Positions 41,312 to 43,015 of a stretch of 43,015 nt of DNA are shown here, piece by piece. This DNA comes from a virus: IMG/VR virus record IMGVR_UViG_3300032167_000278; one strand, written 5' to 3'. The translations under genes were made by a program, and so were the position numbers. Positions within the stretch are counted from its first letter, which is position 1, and each line of letters starts with the position of its first letter. Below the pieces are notes generated by a model that was given only the letters and a program-made list of their open reading frames with translations, searched no databases and was not told the DNA's origin.

Positions 41312-43015
41312 ATGTCAACTACTTATCAAATAAAAACCGAATTTTCCATTTTAGACAAGGCTTCGCCTGCACTTTCCACACTTGGCAAAAAAGGTCAGTG
41401 GCTTGAAAAAAATCTTTCCGCTCCACTGTTAGCCGCCGAAAAGCGTTTTACGGCATTTGAAACAGCAATGAAGCGGGCTGTTGTGGGCGGTTTTGGCGCG
41501 GTGGTAGCAGCAGCCGCAACCGCCGTAAAGTCTGCCATTCCTTTGGGCATGGAACTTGAACAGAACTTGGGCGGTACAGAAGCGGTATTCGGTGAGTATG
41601 CAGAAAGCGTTCAGACACTTGCAGAGACCGCTTATAAAAATATGGGTCTTTCCGCTTCTGATTACATGGCAACTGCTAATAAAATGGGGTCTCTTTTCCA
41701 GGGGTCGGGCCTGGAGCAAGTGCGGGCAATGGAACTTTCCACACAAGCAATGCAAAGAGCCGCCGATGTCGCATCTGTAATGGGCATTGACACAAGCATG
41801 GCTATGGAATCTATAGCCGGAGCCGCGAAGGGCAATTTTACCATGATGGACAACCTGGGCGTTGCAATGAATGCCACAACTTTGTCTGCATACGCCCTTG
41901 AAAAAGGAATCAATTTTAAATGGAACACTGCAAGCAACGCTGAAAAAGCAGAACTTGCAATGCAGATGTTCTTTGAACGAACAGAACAATATGCAGGAAA
42001 CTTTGCAAGGGAAGCCAACAGCACGCTTGCAGGTTCTTTTGGTCGTATGAAGACGAATATTCAAGACATTCTTGCAAAAATGGCACTTGGACAGGATATA
42101 AAGCCATCTCTTGAAAACTTGCAAGAATCTGTGCTTGCTTTTGCGCACAACATTGTTCTGGCTGTTGTCGCTATTTTAAATCAGCTTCCAGACCTTGTTT
42201 CGGGAGTGCTTTCCGCCGTAGGCCCTGTTATAGAACAGGCTTTAGGCGACATAAGAAGCCCATTTGGAGAAATACTTATTGCGGGCTTGAAAGTAATCAA
42301 GATGATTTGGGATTTGAAAGTTCCTATTCTTGCTATTGGCGGGCTGTTTATGGCATGGCACGGTATTGTGGACGTGATTTTACTTGTTACAAAAGTAATG
42401 AAAGGCTTTGAGATTGTGACAAGGGTTTTAGAAGGTATTCAAGTTGCACACAATGCGGCTTTATGGGGAACGACAGTTGCCATTGAAGCACAGGGTGGCG
42501 CGGCTGTTGCTGCCAGCGTAGGAATGAAAATTTACTCGGTTGCATCCAGCATTGCAGCCGGAGCGACAACGGCTTTTTCTACAGCAATGGGATTTTTAAA
42601 CGCCGTGTTTGTTGCTTCCCCTATAGGCTGGATTGTATTAGGAATTGTTGTTGCCATCGGTTTGCTTATCGGAATTATTATCGCGTGTGTCAAACACTGG
42701 GATTCCATAAGCGCGGCTTTGAAAAGATTTGGCGAAGCCGCATTAAATATTCTTTCTACAGTTTGGAATGCGATAACAGGATTCTTTAGCAGGATTCCGC
42801 AATTTCTTTCTGATGTATGGAATGCCATAACCGGATTTTTTGCAAACATGTATCATGCGGTTATGAAATTCTTATTCGGAGACAATGTCGCCGCTATGGA
42901 AGAATTTGTAGCACAAATGATTGAAAAAATCGGGGCGTTTTTCGCCGGAATCTGGGATAGCATAACTTCTTTTTTTGGTAGCTTATGGAAAAGTTTAAGA
43001 TCGTTCTTTGCAATG
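41312..43015 (+). CDS. Tail tape measure protein, N-terminal part (open to the window end; continues at 2-613)
   Basis: ATG 41312, no stop through 43015. GLSASDYMATANKMGSLF...GNFTMMDNLG is typical of the TP901-type tape-measure core. Hydrophobic repeats follow. Total about 729 aa after joining. Confidence 0.8.
   Translation, partial: MSTTYQIKTEFSILDKASPALSTLGKKGQWLEKNLSAPLLAAEKRFTAFETAMKRAVVGGFGAVVAAAATAVKSAIPLGMELEQNLGGTEAVFGEYAESVQTLAETAYKNMGLSASDYMATANKMGSLFQGSGLEQVRAMELSTQAMQRAADVASVMGIDTSMAMESIAGAAKGNFTMMDNLGVAMNATTLSAYALEKGINFKWNTASNAEKAELAMQMFFERTEQYAGNFAREANSTLAGSFGRMKTNIQDILAKMALGQDIKPSLENLQESVLAFAHNIVLAVVAILNQLPDLVSGVLSAVGPVIEQALGDIRSPFGEILIAGLKVIKMIWDLKVPILAIGGLFMAWHGIVDVILLVTKVMKGFEIVTRVLEGIQVAHNAALWGTTVAIEAQGGAAVAASVGMKIYSVASSIAAGATTAFSTAMGFLNAVFVASPIGWIVLGIVVAIGLLIGIIIACVKHWDSISAALKRFGEAALNILSTVWNAITGFFSRIPQFLSDVWNAITGFFANMYHAVMKFLFGDNVAAMEEFVAQMIEKIGAFFAGIWDSITSFFGSLWKSLRSFFAM
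42889..43015. repeat. Terminal overlap copy 2 (identical to 1-127)
   Basis: Direct comparison with the window start. Confidence 0.9.

Noticed and set aside
41429-42148. 239-aa minus-strand ORF inside the tape-measure gene (similarly 35378-36025, 37850-38497, 23696-24211, 34803-35111 and 3352-3801)
   Set aside because: These are Cys/Arg/His-rich, low-complexity antisense shadow ORFs. They lie wholly inside well-supported plus-strand genes and have no RBS or synteny support.

Overview
The window is a complete, circularly closed genome of a contractile-tailed temperate phage or plasmid-prophage. Bases 1-127 repeat 42889-43015, so the unique length is 42888 bp. A tape-measure gene spans the junction.

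Layout:
- Plus strand, 656-8543: Mu-like baseplate and tail-fibre module.
- 7344-10318: a complete diversity-generating retroelement (DGR) with target gene and VR, avd, TR and reverse transcriptase.
- Minus strand, 19002-10322: early/maintenance operon with antirepressor, SSB, ParA, ParB, a 1044-aa primase-helicase and small genes.
- 19306-20565: a DDE (rve) transposase.
- 20560-21090: an AT-rich repeat-laden non-coding region, a cos/packaging candidate.
- From 21095: a lambda-like packaging/head module (Nu1-like, IHF/HU-like, gpA terminase, gpW, portal, ClpP-type protease, gpD-like decoration, gpE-like capsid). It is interrupted by two accessory blocks.
  - First block: two DNA methyltransferases, HicAB, an XRE regulator and ArdC.
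  - Second block: a lysis cassette with spanins and a CHAP endolysin.
- Then sheath, tube, a frameshifted chaperone and the tape measure.

The most notable system is the DGR. VR and TR differ at 14 positions, and every one is a TR adenine.

Other signals not explained by gene calls:
- Six dispersed copies of an 18-28 bp palindrome with a TCACGTGA core. This core resembles parS, and most copies double as terminator stems.
- A 16-nt motif T(C/T)GGTATAGCGAGTTT lying 22-36 nt upstream of six late transcription units.
- Three G/C homopolymers of 9-10 nt, one inside a methyltransferase catalytic motif.
- A promoter-leader-terminator unit in front of the antirepressor.

I found no tRNA, rRNA, CRISPR array, or tyrosine/serine integrase. 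All functional calls rest on motifs I recognise in the translations and on synteny. No database search was run.
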